Assembly: GCF_000143415.4 (NCBI RefSeq)
Contig: NW_003314281.1
Coordinates: 1,713,882 to 1,777,881, forward strand
DNA length: 64,000 bases
Origin: Selaginella moellendorffii
Taxonomy: Eukaryota; Plantae; Lycopodiophyta
Direction: 5' to 3'
The translations under genes and the position numbers were made by a program. The notes under the pieces were generated by a model. That model was not told where the DNA came from. It saw only the letters and a program-made list of their open reading frames with translations, and ran no database searches. This document shows, in pieces, positions 12,401-26,329 of the stretch (position 1 is the first letter of the stretch; each line of letters opens with the position of its first letter).

Positions 12401-14700
12401 CAAGTTAACTGCAAAATAAGGACAAACACGCAAACAGATACCTTAAGTTGGTTGGCTATCCCAAACATACCCACTATCCTTACAAAAACTTATTAAATAT
12501 GAAATGATGCTAAATTATGAATTTGGATGTGAGAATAACATCATTGTGTTCAAAACAATCTCTAAATTTGATAGATATGTCTAATTAACAAATCTAGATA
12601 ATTTCCATAAATAGCTAATAGGACCAAACTAAACCAACACATGGGGAATGATAGTGAAGGTATTTTAGCAGACATAGGAAATTACTTAGCAAATATTAAA
12701 GGACCAATATCATAAAGGTTTCCAACATTAGTAATTACAAGCCAATGAATAAGTTTCTCTAACCAAGTTACGTATGTTTGATTAATAACACTTAAGAATT
12801 CCATCCTTATGCTCTTCTGGCCAAGTGTACATATGAAGACTAATTTCTCAATTAGTTTAGATAGAGACTAAAAAAAGTTTAGCAATACCAACTTCTTACC
12901 ATTGTGGCAATAAAAAAAGAATATTTGAAAAGACTTGCTAACAAGTACCCATAATCATTTTTATAATAATTTATCACCTAATCTTTTGAGATTGTTTTAT
13001 TTTCAACTTTGCTAACTCAAGTATTTTTTGCATATTATTTTTAAAGTCTCTTCATTAATTTCTTTTATAAGTCACTACTTACAGGTTTTCTTAGCTTAGT
13101 CAAACCTTTTGTGATTTTGCATAAATCAATCTCTCCCTTACTAGCCAGTAGTGTTAGTCTTTAGCATCTTTTTGGAAAAAGGAAAATCTTTAAACTTTTA
13201 TTCTTGAGTTATACTTTGAAAATAGCATTATGCAAGAAGACATCATAACTGTTATTTTGTATCATGATCCTTCACTTGATTCAGCTCTTGCCAAGGGAAT
13301 CCACCCCTACTAACTATTTTGAGAATTAAATTGATGATCAAATATTGCTCACCAAGTCAATTAAGCCTAGAGTCAAGTGGCAAGCTGAGTGGTAAACCTT
13401 GCACATCCAAATCAATTTTCTAATTTTTTTGTTAGTACCTTAACCATGTTATAAGAGGATGCTATTAGATTTATTTAGTTTCAAGAAAAGATGAAAATTT
13501 TAGTAATGGATGGGGTGCAGCTTATCTAATCCAAATAAATTTTTTAATGATTAAATATATCTTTCTTATGAAGAGGTTTATGGTTTATCTAATCACCTTC
13601 ACAATACTTGTTTATAAAGGTTTATTTAATAATTTTTAATAAATATTTAATATATTTACATAAAAGCAAACCAAATATTTATTTTAAATTAGTTTACACA
13701 TTATAAATCTATACTAGATAAATTAAAATAAATATAAAATCCAAATTAATTAAGTAGCATAGTACTACTAAGAAAAAACAATGTAACAAAGAGTGAATAA
13801 GTAATATTTTATATTTGCAACAGTTGTATTTATTTTATATTAAAAAATAGAGGTAATTTCTAGAATTACATTTGTTATAACCAAAATAATTCCTTTTTTA
13901 CTATTATCAATGATAAGCAAAGGAAGCTCGTTTTTATTTCTATTTTGATTGAATGATGAAGTATCTATGGATATGGTTTAATATACTTGTAATACTTTTA
14001 TTTGGTAATATTCAATCACGAATTATTAGATTTGCTGATAACCGATGGCATTTTTCAAATTTCTATATTAATAGAATTATAACTATTGTTTCCTTAATGC
14101 TTGAAAGATTATATAATGAAGATGAGACTTATGAATTCGGTGCAACAGTTGTAGTTGATTCTGAAACTGTTTCTGATAAGAAGAATTATTCTCCGCAGCT
14201 TTAAAGAATCAGATATTGGTTATTCTAGTTGTTCTATGGATCCTAATTCAGTAGTAGAAATTACTAGTAAACAATTATTTAAAGGATTACAAGAGATTTA
14301 TCCAAAATTAGTAGGAGAAGCATTAGCTAATGGTCATCTCATTATACTTGTGAAAATTATGAGCTTGAGTATATAAATACTGGAAAATCTACTATCCTCC
14401 ACTTTATCCAGTAGATTTTCTTAATAATAATACATATTTAACATCAAATGATTATGATTTAACTTCTTGTTGGTCACATGCTTATGAACTTACAAGTGGT
14501 CCTAATCAGTTTATAGGAACTTATCTTCATGTTAAATGAGTCAAATTGTAACCTTATATTATATGATAGATACTATTTTTGTTTAAAATGCAATTTGTAT
14601 AGAAGAATAACTATTGCTATAAAAAATTCTGGTTTTATATGTTTGTATGATACAATTAAAAGAAAGAAAAAGATTTGGTGTTTTTAATTTTCTAAATTTA
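9400..14700. other. AT-rich, CpG-depleted decayed repeat DNA, family not resolved
   Basis: No intact ORF with recognisable motifs; composition typical of old methylated TE sequence. Confidence 0.5.
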
Positions 14701-14825
14701 CCAGAAAATAAAATAAAATGACAACATTTTCATAGCTAAAAGTGAGATCTTCTGAGTTATGTCTAAACTTTAATTAGGAACTAATGAGGTGATTATCCAG
14801 ATGGCAACGCTTTAGGGCAAAGCGG

Positions 14826-17800
14826 ATGTCTTCTCCTCCTCCAGGAATGCGTCAGGCGTCGTCGTCCTCAGCTTCTCCTTCCGTTCCAATGGCGCTGCCC
14901 AACGCAGCTAGCAATGCGTGCGATAGCAGCGGCGCTGGCGCCGGCGGAATCAGGTCGCAAATTCATGTCGACGGCAATCTGGGAGCTCTGTGCGAGCACA
15001 TTCAAGCTCAGGGCTGGAATTCCAGGGCATTCTCCGATATTGTGGTTCATGCCATGGGATCCACATTCTATCTCCATCGCCTGCTGCTGTCGCGAAGCTC
15101 CTTCTTCAGGTATTGCGAGGGTTTCTTCGTACTTGGTAGCGAGAGATTTACTCTGCGTGTTTCGTGTTTGTTTGTAAGAAATATGCTCCAGGGACCATGG
15201 AAGGAAGCCAGTGCTACCGAAGTGAAGCTCCAAATTGACGATGAGAACGTAAATGCCGAGGCAGTGGCGACTGCTCTGAGTTATTTATATGGCCATCAGC
15301 CGAGACTAGACGATGGAAATGCCTTTCGCGTGCTTGCTGCCGCGTCGTTTCTAGACTTACAGGTGAAAGAAAAAAATATTCTAGTCGATTTCTGACGAGG
15401 CAAAGTATCATGTGTTTGCAGGATTTATGCGCCTTTTGCACAGATTTCATTATTTCCGAGCTCTGGACTGAGAACTTCTTGTCGTACCAGGTGCGTGCGA
15501 CTAAGCTTTTGTCGTTCGCGGCGCAAGCTAGTAATATGTGTTTGCGTTTTTTTCGTAGGCCTTCGCAGAGACGCAAGATTATGGTATCCACGGAGAGCGC
15601 GTCCAGAAGGCGTGCTGGGGATATCTGTGCCGTGGTGCTGCAGTAGAACTTCGAGAGGTTGGTGACATTCATTTCACGAAATAGATTTTTGTTTTACGCT
15701 GCTCCGCTGCTGCAGATTCTTCCAAAACTTTCAGCTCAAACTCTACGTACATTATTAACGTCTGACGAGCTCTGGGTTCCTAGCGAAGAGAAAAGGTAGC
15801 ACATAAATCGCAGCAGCAGCTCTGATAGCTGACGTCTTGGTTTTCGGTTTAGGTTCGAGCTAGCATTGAGTGTGCTCATTGCTAGAGGTGTTGTTACGGA
15901 GATTGATTCGTCCTCCATTTCGGATGAACTCTCGGAAACAGGTCTTGGAGATACGTCCTCGGACGTGTATGTTATGCCGTTGAGGACCGAAGAAACAGGT
16001 GGTTCATACCAAGCCGAAGCTCATCAAAACAACGAGGGCGACGTCGTCCAAGCCATTCAAAGCATCATCTTGGAGATGGTGGATACAGCCACAACTGCCA
16101 AAGAACAGGCCACTCGTGGCTCGAGCTTGGGTTTGGAGGCAAATGTCACAGGTAGAATGGAGGCCGCTCGGGAAGAGTTTTGGAAAGGTGGTGGCGGCGA
16201 ATGTTCGTCCTCAACAAAATCTTCTTCCCATAACTGGGCTCGTCCGTCCCCATCTTGGGGTGGACGATTGGTTGGGCGAAAATCAATGAAGGCTTACCCA
16301 AACAGCGACTGGACCAACAACGACGAATGGGAAACGTTCATAAGCGTTTTTGAAAGTGGAGGGATACACTATTGTCACATGCCTTTTGAGGACTTGCTAG
16401 ACTCAAGAGCTCGTCTCGAAGAGCTGGGATTTCCTTGCAAGTCCGTTGCCGACGGGCTTTGGTTACAGGTATGTCTTTCTTAAGTTGGAAGTTTTACATC
16501 TATATGATATGAGACTTGTTGTCATTGTTGCAGACACTTCTCAGGCAACAAGTCTTGTCCGTTGCTGCGGATACGTGCAAACTCTGCAGCGTTTCTCTCG
16601 CTTTATGCCAGTGCAGGCAGTCGTATGTCTATCCACCACACGGTCGAATCTCGACGCCTATTCCTTACCGGGAAGAGCAAGACAAAAGCCAAGTTTTAGG
16701 AATTCATCCGCTGCCCGAGAATCAAAACTTGCCTGCTGCATCGAACGGGCAAGCCAGAGTCCATGTCAGAGGAGGCATGGACGGCCTCGCTGGTATCGGT
16801 CGCAATGGTACTACATGGCCGCCAGCTCGTATAATGTTTTCGAGAGTACCTTTCCCTGGTGCACACAGGGGGAACCAACAGCAGCAGCTCATAGCAAACG
16901 ATCAAGCGGTTGACTACACGGCAATGGATTTGCCAACTTATTCTGTGGATGGCTTGAATATGGTGGTCGGACTGAGCCAGGGGATGAGCAGCGTTCCAGT
17001 TCAGTCAGATAACAATGGCCGGCCAGAGGATCAAACGCTTCAAAGATCAGTGACCGGAGAATCCGTCAATTCTGAGAAGCTTGATGTTCAACTGGCCTCA
17101 GGAGAGATTGGCCAGGGGTCGTCAACAATATCCCTGGATTTGCGAACGCCTTTGCGAAGTTTCCCTCCATTTCGCTTCGGGTACGTACTGAAATGCCATT
17201 TGTATTGACCTGATGGCTTTGCTTGTCGCAGGGTAGAATTTGATGACGTGCAGAGACTAACAGATGGACAGTCGAAGCACTCACCTGAAGTGTTTTATGC
17301 GGGCTCGCTTTGGAAGGTACCCTCCGTTCGCTTTTTCCTCTTGAGCTTAATTTAATGACAATGAACTTTTGCATGGCTCAGGTGAGCGTTCAGGCTTTTA
17401 ATGATGAAGACCCACGCTGCAGGCGAACACTCGGTATGTTTTTTATGTCTATAAGGGGCTACAAGCTCTGATTGTTTTCAATCTTCAGGATTGTTTCTAC
17501 ATCGGCGGAAAGCGGATGATTCTGGACCTTTTAGAAAAGTAGAAAGTACAGCCGGAATTCTTGCTTCTAATGAATGTGCTTGTTTGTGCAGGTTTCTCTT
17601 TACATAGACACGAGAGAAAAGGTGACAGCACGGTATCAGGCAAGTGAAGAAACATTCTTGTTCCCTTTCCAAAAAACTTACATCTTTTGCCTTTTCTTTC
17701 AGTTGATATGTCCTGCAAAGCGAGGTGTTATGACTTTAGGCAGCCTAACTCAAGGAGGCACACTTCTCCCCAAAGCTCCCAAAGGCTGGGGTTGGCGAAC

Positions 17801-17894
17801 GGCGTTCCTATTCGATGAACTTGTGGATCTTCTTCAAGGAAACACGTTCCGAGTTTCAGCGGTGGTGCAAGTCGTGGCCAGCCAGTACGTCTGA
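14826..17894 (+). CDS. BTB/POZ-BACK protein, germ-cell-less (GMCL)-like, multi-exon
   Basis: SDIVVHAMGSTFYLHRLLLSRSSFFR|NMLQGPWKE...VLAAASFLDLQ|DLCAFC, ELWVPSEEKRFELA, C-terminal FPPFRFGVEF...YAGSLWK...LPKAPKGWGW. Short GT-AG introns plus a GC-AG intron at 17640-17702. Confidence 0.88.
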
Positions 17895-18255
17895 GAAGAA
17901 CTTTTATAGTAAGTCATGGAACTCCCTTTTATTCACTGGCTGATGCCGTGTGACACTGGGCGTTTTTTTTTATAATGCAGGGAATGTGGGCTGTTCACTA
18001 TTTGACGGAGCAAAACCGGTGTAAGTTTTATATCGCTTGTTTCTAAGTTAAGTCTCAGATGCGATCAATAGCCGGGCTGTTGGGCGCCCTGTTTTGGACA
18101 GATCTAGGGCTCTATGAGGTTGCTGGACGATAGAAATGGAGACTCATGACAATCCAAGTTTAGTAGCGACAGCGAAATAGAGCAGGGAAGAGCAATGTCG
18201 GGATCCAGCTAGAAGATTTCTACTTGGCTGGGAGGAAGGAGGATTACAATTCAGC

Positions 18256-20255
18256 ATGGAAGATGAGCTTTCAGGCGACTTGCTGGGCAACGTCTTACGA
18301 CCACCTTCACTGCGTGTTAGCAGAAGTTCAAGGACGAGCCGATCAGTTTCAAGTCCTCATGGGTCTCCATCGTTCAGGAGGCAGCATTCTCTGACCGTGA
18401 GGACTCCAAGGAAGGATGAAGACTCCAGTTTACTGTTCCGGTGGTTTTACTGGTTGCCGAGATATTTCAATCGGAGGTTACCGTGGGTGTTTCTCATCGC
18501 ACTTTGGGTCTTTCTGGTTTTTAAGGTGTACTCTAAGGATCCGGCCACAGTTGAGAACGTGATAGCGGAAGATGGTGAGGAATTGAGACGACATGTTGCA
18601 TTGAGGAGTCGAAGTGACGAGAATTCCGTGAAGTCGGGGCTGTCGAGACTGGCTAGAGATTGGATCTGGCTTGGCTACATGAAGAAGAACAGGACCGCTC
18701 CTCTTTTGCCAGGGACTACTCAAGTCGAGTCTGATATTATCGAGCACCGAAGGACTTTCCAGTACATACAAAATTCTTCCGACATGAATTTCAAGAGGTT
18801 TCAAGCTCTGCAATCTGGAGATTACTTTCTTGGTAGAGTTGTCGGCCCTTACGACGAATTGGAACAGAAGTTTCTGGGAATGTCGACCGAGAAGAAGACA
18901 CCAGCTCGAACATGCAGCTCAGACGAAGGCCGTTTCAAGGAGTTCGCGAGCGGCAAACGTGTAGTCGTGCTAATGCACGAACTCTCGATGACTGGAAGTC
19001 CTCTGGCAATGATGGAGCTTGCGAGCGAGATAATTGGTTGCGGTGGAAAAGTCTCCGTGGTGGTTCTTGATAGAAGAGGTGGTCTACTAAACGAGCTCGT
19101 TCAAAGAAGAATTCCCGTTCTGGCAGACAAGGCAGCAAAGAGCTGGAGGGCAGCAGCAAAGGCCGATCTCGTCATCGCTGGCTCAGCTCTATGTGCCTCA
19201 TGGATTGGTACGATAAGCTTGCAGTTTATGACTCGCGGGGTTGACTGACGTATGCATGTACAGGAGAGTACCTCAGATATCACAAGAAAGGAGCTAGCAA
19301 AGTTGTCTGGTGGGTGATGGAAAACCGCCGGTTGTACTTCGATCGTTCGAAGCGGATTCTTGATAAAGTCCGGGCACTGGTTTTTCTCTCCAAGACCCAA
19401 GCAGACCAATGGAGAGAATGGAGCAGGGGAGAGAACATAAGCCTCCCTTCATTGACGACTATCGTGAGCCTGTCAGTAAACGATGCCGTTCTCTCCGCAG
19501 CAGGGATAGACGACGCCCTGAAGATGGCAAAGCTGAGGGAAGAGGTGAGAAAAGATCTGGGCTTGAAACCGGACGACGTACTTCTTGCTACGTTGAGCAG
19601 CATCAATCCAGGGAAAGGACAGCTTATAGCTCTATATGCGGCTGCGAGTGTGATGGAGCAAAAGATGAATCAGTCCACGGCGTCGAATCTCAAGCTTCTC
19701 ATTGGATCAGTCGGTTCTAAGAGTAACAAGCAGGAGTATGTTGAGAAGATGCTGAGCTTTCTACACCAGCATCCAGCGCTAGCAGACTCCGTTTTGTGGA
19801 CTCCAGCAAGTGTGTCAGTTTCTGCTCTATACGCTGCAGCCGATGCGTACATCATGAACGCACAGGTTCGTGATATCTGTAGTTCCATCTTATAAATGGT
19901 GCTTGTTTGCAGGGCATAGGAGAAACTTTTGGTAGAGTTACTGTCGAAGCCATGGCCTTTGGATTGCCAGTAAGCTATTTCTGCTACCTTAGCTAGTGAG
20001 CTTGCTAACTCTGTTTGCTAGATTTTGGGGACGGATGCGGGTGGAACCAAAGAGATCGTAGACGCAAACGTCACTGGCCTTCTCCATCCCGTGGGAATCA
20101 AAGGCGCGCAAGCACTTGCCCAGAACGTTCTGGTTTTACTGAGGAGTCCCGCTTTGAGAAAGCAAATGGGTGGGAAAGGCAGGGACAAAGTTAAAGAGCT
20201 TTACACACAGGCGGCAATGTACGAGAAGTTAGCTGGAGTATTCACAAATTTGTAA
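18256..20255 (+). CDS. GT-B fold glycosyltransferase family 4 (Glycos_transf_1) membrane protein
   Basis: N-terminal TM segment, HELSMTGSPLAMMELA, SSINPGKGQ, NAQ|GIGETFGRVTVEAMAFGLP|ILGTDAGGTKEIV. Exons about 18256-19207, 19264-19865, 19913-19969, 20022-20255. Confidence 0.92.
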
Positions 20256-20352
20256 CCTTCTTCCAGTGACGTACCGTGCATAATAGCATGACCTCTGTTT
20301 TTTTATTTTTCCCTTCGTATTGGACTGTGTGTAGGTTAAGTCGAGTAAAGGG

Positions 20353-22456
20353 ATGGGAGATCGCCACCAAGAAGGTGGGTGTTTGGAATTCTATCCGTTC
20401 TAATGTTTCAGCTGTTTGATCTGTCCAGTGGTGAAGTTTTTTGGTGCAATTCCCTGGTTACAGCAGCTGTCTGAAGCCGATGTTGTCAAGGTTGCTCGAG
20501 CTGTTTCTCCTAAACGATTTGGTATGTCACTAAACCGTGCTCTTCATAAATCGATCATATTTTTTTGTAGGAGCTGGAGAAGTGATCGTCCACAAAGGCA
20601 CGACCGGTGATGGCTACTATTACGTCTGGAAGGGACAAGTGAGCTTCTTCCCTTTTTTAACTACCATTTTCAAAATCCTGCTTTGACACAGGCTGTCGTC
20701 GCTTCTACTGTCGACTCAGCTGAGTGCGTACTAGAAACTGGGCACTACTTCGGAACGAGTGCGTTTTCGAGATGTTTCTTAAGGCGCTCATGTGGGTTCT
20801 CTTCATTTGCAGTTGGCTTCGATTCCGAGGACATTCTTGAAACAACTGTTGCTGCTCGGGACGAGGTTGGGTTTCTGTATTACCTCGGTTATTTCTTACA
20901 GGGATTTTTTATTGCAGGTCATATGCTTAGTTCTTTACCATACAGATATTGCACTTTTGTTTCCGGATTATTTGTGGAAGCAAGGCATAACGGTGGAACG
21001 TATGCTGCGGCTTGAAAACTTGGAAGTAAGTACTTTCCTTGCGTCTGCCTTCTCAAATTACACATCGACTGTAGGAGGACTGCTGGCAAGGAAATAATTT
21101 GGAAGGAGCACCATGCGGGGTTTTATTCGGCCCGAAGGGGCAACCTCCTCGAAAAGTAATGTTTGGTGGACAGTTTGTTGGTCAGGTATGATGCCATGCT
21201 CTGTGTACATGAGGAAGGTTTTGCAACTTTTTCTACAGGCTCTAGCTGCAGCTGTGAAGTCCGTGGAACCATCCCTATCAGTTCACAGCCTTCATTCATA
21301 CTTTCTCTACGTTGGGGATTTTTCTTGTAAGTGTTTATAATGCTTGGGTCTAGAAATGTCCCTCTGTTGACGTGTTTCAGTGCCAGTTTCTTACAAAGTG
21401 GAAAAAATTCGAGACAGCCCGGCCTTCGCGACTCGAAATGTGACTGCAATCCAGAGAGGCCGAAAAGTTTTCACTTTGTTAGCGTCATTTCAGGTGAGGA
21501 TGTAGCCAGCTTTGAAAATAACATTCTTTGATTTCTTGTAGAGACAAGAAGAGAGTATCACGTACCAGGATCCTATGCCTGATACACCAGATCCAACTCG
21601 GGTTTGTGCTTGTGCTTTATTTGTTCTTTTATCCGCTGAAAGCTGTAAAAATGTAGCTCCGGTCTCTGGAACGGACAATGCTGTCGCAACTAGGTGATCC
21701 AAGGATTCCCATGTAAGAGTTTATTTCCATGTAAGACTTATTGACAAAACTTTCGTTAGGAAAATGAGGGAAAATCTTGCCGTTTATCCCATGAAAGTTC
21801 ATCCATTAGATGTTCGGCTGTGTGAACCAAACAACCATATAAGTCCACGAAATTTAGAACCAAGGTACTTCATTGCTCTTTTGTATTTATCTGTTTATAT
21901 TTGTTCATACAGCCAAAACCTCTGGCTTCGCTGTAAAGAAAGGTTGCCAGACGATCAAGCATTGCATCGGTGAGGTACTTGAAAAACTTAAAACTTCTCT
22001 TTACGTTTCATGTATCAGGTGTGTTGTGGCTTATGCGTCTGACTGGATGTTCGTCCAAACGGTCTTAAGGCCTTACGAAGGAGACAGGCGGGTGAAGTAC
22101 CGTTTATTGAGCCTAGACCACTCGTAAGCAAAGAGTGCTTCTAACAATCACATTCTTCATTCAAGCTTTACAGGATGTGGTTCCATAAAGATATCAAGGC
22201 AGACGAGTGGCTACTTTTCCAGGTTCAGTGCCTAATGGTATGTTTTCGTGGTATAAACATCTCTTCACAGATCACAAGTCCACGAGCAAGCGAGTCCAGG
22301 GGCCTAGTGATTGGACATATGTACAATCAGTCAGGCGAGGTTGGTTTGTAACTTCAAGCTTTGATATTTTTCTTCACTTTGTTTTTGCTGCAGCTGGTTG
22401 TAACGGCCGTCCAGCAAGGTCTCGTCAGACCACAAAATCTGAGCTCCAAGTTGTGA
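20353..22456 (+). CDS. Peroxisomal acyl-CoA thioesterase II (ACH2/ACOT8-like) with N-terminal cyclic-nucleotide-binding domain, copy 1
   Basis: VVKFFGAIPWLQQL, FGGQFVGQ|ALAAA, VHSLHSYFL, CVVAYASDW, SLDHSMWFH, ends QQGLVRPQNLSSKL* (PTS1). Many short introns. Confidence 0.88.
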
Positions 22457-22738
22457 CATGAGAGGACAGCTTTAATTCTCCAGGAGCTCCTAGACACCAA
22501 TTTAACTAACAGTTTTCTTGGTGAAGGTTCACCTTTCTGCCATTTTGTATTCTTGGCTTCGTGAATTTGTTGTAGGCTAGCTTCCTGAAATCTTTTAAAG
22601 GGGTGACTTTTGTTTGGTATTCACATTTACTCGTTCGCAGCAGCTGATGGAAGAGCGAGGCCAGGTTCGAATTAAAAATTCTACTGTGGATTTATACCGT
22701 GCTTGACCTGTGTATTGACTATCTTTAGGCTGAGGGCT

Positions 22739-23360
22739 ATGGTGAAAGGGGCGCTCGAGGTGCATCTCCGGGGAGCTACCGGCATAAAAAACACAGATTT
22801 CCTTAGTACCGGTGACTGATCTTGCCGTTCTATGTTTGCTGAAGTTCTATCTGACACAGAGAAATGCGATCCCTATGCTATCCTGACTTGCTGGAGGCAG
22901 AGCTTTCAGAGCACCACGGCAAAGAGTAAGCCAACTAGCTCCCTGTTCTTCTTACGATATAAACTTGATTTGCAGGACAAGGCTCCAACCCGATTTGGAA
23001 CCAGAAGTTTCTGTTCGTGGTTGAAGACGGAGTGAGCGAGCTTTTTATCAAGCTGTATGATGAAGACAGATTTACTGGAGACGACTTTATTGGCAGTGCT
23101 AAGTAATGTCCTATAATCTTGTCTTCGGATTGTTCATGAGTTTCCTTTTGAATTTTCAGGGTGCCACTGAACAGAGTCCTGTCTGAGCTTGATCATCCAC
23201 TGGCATCCTACAATGTTATTCGACCATCCGGCAAGGTCAAGGGAGAAGTCATGGTTGCATTGAAATTTACTCCAAAGGTAAGAAGGCATTACAGAGGAAG
23301 TCACTCGTTTTAAACTTGAAACTGCAGCAGGAAGAGGATGAGGGAAGCTCTACTTTCTAA
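22739..23360 (+). CDS. Single C2-domain protein (elicitor-responsive protein-like)
   Basis: MVKGALEVHLRGATGIKNTDFL|KCDPYAILTC...GSNPIWNQKFLF...LFIKLYDEDRFTGDDFIGSAK|VPL...KGEVMVALKFTPK. Canonical introns. Confidence 0.9.
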
Positions 23361-23446
23361 GAAAACACATGCATGTCAATAAAGGAGATCAATTCCGTTG
23401 CAAATTTTCCACTTGACTTCGCTTCTTTTCCCCCCGGCAACATTTT

Positions 23447-24709
23447 CTACTTGACTTCGTTTCTCTTCTCCTCGGCAACTGCAATCAGAACTCTTTTCAT
23501 CACCTCATAAACTGCAAAAGACACTGCCGTTGGTGGCACAATCTGGAGCAAGTCGAGCTCGAGTCCTCGGTACAAGCCTCTGAATCCTTCGCGAGCAGAC
23601 ACAGCTCTCAAAACGTCCCAGGTGCTGGAGAAGTGCAAGGCGGTGTTAGGAACAGCACTCAAGCTCAACTCCTTCCTTGCCAGCTCCAGGGGGTACGTCA
23701 AAGTCGTGGACAAAGCTCCAGCAGCAGCTCCAATCGCGAGTGAGGCCACAACTCCGATGTTTTTGGTTGCGGGATCTAAGAACTTGCTTTTCAGGGCCTC
23801 GTAGGCGTAAAACTCGGCAGCTGCGCTGGGAACCATCCGCAGAAGCTCGGGCCCCAGCCCCGTGTACAAGCCTCGGACACCTTCCTCGCGAAGAACTTTA
23901 CCAAAAGCCGAGAAAGTTGACGAGTAATCTTCTGGCTGGACAAAAACGAAAGGTCAAGTGGAAACAGGTGACGAAATCTCAAGGAGGAAGTGGACTCACT
24001 TGTAGCATCAACCGGTCCTGGATAGTGTTGAAGGGATACGTAGTGAGAAGGGAAGTCACAGCAGAGAGAGCTCCCGAAAGTGTGGAAATGGAGACCTCTC
24101 GCGGCAGCAGTGGAACAACCTTGGGATCTCTGGTGTGTCTTCTCTCCTCGCTCCTCTTGACGGACTCAAAGGTGAGGAACTGGACGCCCCTCTTGAGCGA
24201 CCCAATGAAGATCATCATCATCCAGCTAGAGAGCGAGGCCGGGAAAAGGCCGAGAATGCCTCCAGGCTTCTTGGACAAGTTGGTTAGGACTTCCGACGTG
24301 GAGGTTCCTCCTCTCCGAGCGATCACTCGCGTTTTAGCCGCCCCGAGTGGCGCACACGACGCCGAAGACACCGCCCCTGCTATGGTGCCGCAGATGAGCT
24401 ATACGGAGATCAAAAACGATGAAGAAGAGCTTCCAAGTAAGTCTACAAGCTTCTATGTTCTTTAAGCAAGTTTTTTTTTTCTCTCTTACATGTTTCAAGG
24501 CGAGGCTTTTGACGAATCCCAGAAATGGAACTGTGGTTTCCGGAACGGGAATGCGAAGATGCTGAACAGTCTCCTTGGGATCCTGTCGCAAAGAAAGAGT
24601 GACGAAAAGCTAAAGAGGTGAAAGCTACGCTTACTTTGTAGCCATCGCTCCAGGTGTTTCCAATGCTCGCAAGGCACAGAAGCGCTGCATTGTAGCCTCC
24701 AGACCCCAT
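23447..24709 (-). CDS. Mitochondrial carrier family protein, Brittle-1 (BT1)-like, divergent
   Basis: Spliced KSLALKH|LICGTIAGAVSSASCAPLGAAKTR, YPFNTIQDRL, REEGVRGLYTGL, YPLELARKE, EGFRGLYRGL; three carrier repeats. Confidence 0.85.
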
Positions 24710-24994
24710 TGCGCTGTGGAGATCGTGAGTTCTCTGTCTCGCACTTCTAATTTTTCGAAGTTTCTCGCCCCAGAGTAAAGCGCTTTGGGCAGTTCCAACG
24801 ATCGACAAGTGTTCCGAAATACGTGGCCAGATAAAGTCTGTAAAATCCACGTAATGTAATCGGGATTACGAACCTTTTGTACTAACTTTGCAACCAAAAA
24901 AAAAAAAACAGAAGAAAAAATAAATGTTGAATGCACAAAACTTTGGAGACAAAAAAAAAAGAAGTTTTGGTTGCAAAGAAAGAGATGGTACAAT

Positions 24995-25806
24995 TTAGTC
25001 GTAGGGGATTTGCATGTAGGCCGCATCCGAGATGAAGGGAATGTCGGCGTACATCCCCATGATGGCGCAGCGGATGGTCTCGAGCGTGGTCAAGAAGTAG
25101 GTCCAAAACACCGCCAGCCAAAAGTGCGCGCCAATCTTCCCCCAGTAGATCCCATGCGGGATCCAGTCGTTGAGCGTGCCCATCACCTGCAAGATGATCT
25201 CCAGCAGCATCCCCGTGACGACGTGGAAGCGGAAAAAGTGCGGCCAGACGTTGCGGCGCACGATGCCGAGGTAGGCGACGAAGAAGTAGGCGAGGAGGAA
25301 CCACGAGGGCAGGCGGCCCAGCAGGCGGAGCACCGGGTACGTCCAGAACTCGTACTGCTCGATGAAGCAGTGCAGGTTGTAGGCGGTCTCGGCGTACATC
25401 CACGACTCGCACAGCGGCATGATGTACGGCACCAGCGCCAGCAGCCGCCAGTACCACGCCGGCTTGCCCTGCATGGGCGGGAAGCCCTTGAACGCCGGCA
25501 CGTCCTCGGGGCTCTTCTGGGCCCTCGTTCTCGTGGTGGGCGATGGCGGCGCTGATGGTCTCCTCCTCCCCCTCCTCCTCCAGCCTCCACTGCCCAGCAA
25601 TCCACCACTCAGTCCAGCTCTCGCTGCCCGGATGGACAATCCGCGACTTGCTGGGAAGAAGAAGGCCGTGAGATGAAATGCGGGGTCCCTGGAGCAAGAG
25701 AGCTTTGCGTTTACGTACCTGGAGGTGGCACCGCGGTCCTTGCCCAGAGTGAGCTCCTCCCGGCGAGGAAGGAGCACTGGGCCGCGCAGCCCACTGCCGC
25801 GGCCAT
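24995..25806 (-). CDS. TIC20: Chloroplast inner-envelope translocon component Tic20 (TIC20-I type)
   Basis: Transit-peptide exon MAAAVGCAAQCSFLAG... (ATG 25806), one intron, then FPPMQGKPAWYWRLLALVPYIMPL...WPHFFRFHVVTGMLLEI...GMYADIPFISDAAYMQIPYD. Confidence 0.95.
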
Positions 25807-26329
25807 GACGAGCCCTAAAACATGTGATGACGTGTAGACCACCCTAAAAACACACTTCTCCACGTGGCACTTAATTACTTTGGAAATTTAGTTTAACGTT
25901 TTCTTTCTTTAATTTTTCTTTTCCTAGGGAGATATCATAGTTAAGCTCGCTCATTGGCACTTTAGGTGCAAGAAATCGAAGGGATTTTAGTTACTCTGTC
26001 TTCTTTTTTTTAAAAACTTTGTGAAGAACATGATTGAGTTGAGTAGATTGATTTTGCTTCTAGCGACTTCTTCCATGGTTGGTGTGGTAAGCTCTAGTAT
26101 GTTTGAAATTTATAGAGATTCCTCTTGTGCTACTGTTGTAATGACTCTATCAACGCTTAATCAGTGTTTTTCTGTTGTACCATTTTTCGGATACAAGTAA
26201 TTGCCCTCTTTTTACACACTTGTTCTAAGCAGTACTAATGTGTAATTGCGTTATGCAGTTTCATTTTCACAAATGAGTCTGGAATCTTGTTTTCTGAAGC
26301 AAATTGTTCAAGTGGGTTTACTACTTTGA

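Noticed and set aside
13953-14376. Two overlapping AT-rich ORFs as a gene
   Set aside because: No recognisable motif; frameshifted and embedded in decayed repeat DNA.
23677-24465. 262-aa plus-strand ORF
   Set aside because: Antisense shadow of the carrier gene with no domain features.
24882-25697. Alternative-frame and antisense ORFs over TIC20
   Set aside because: By-products of very high GC3 in the real gene.
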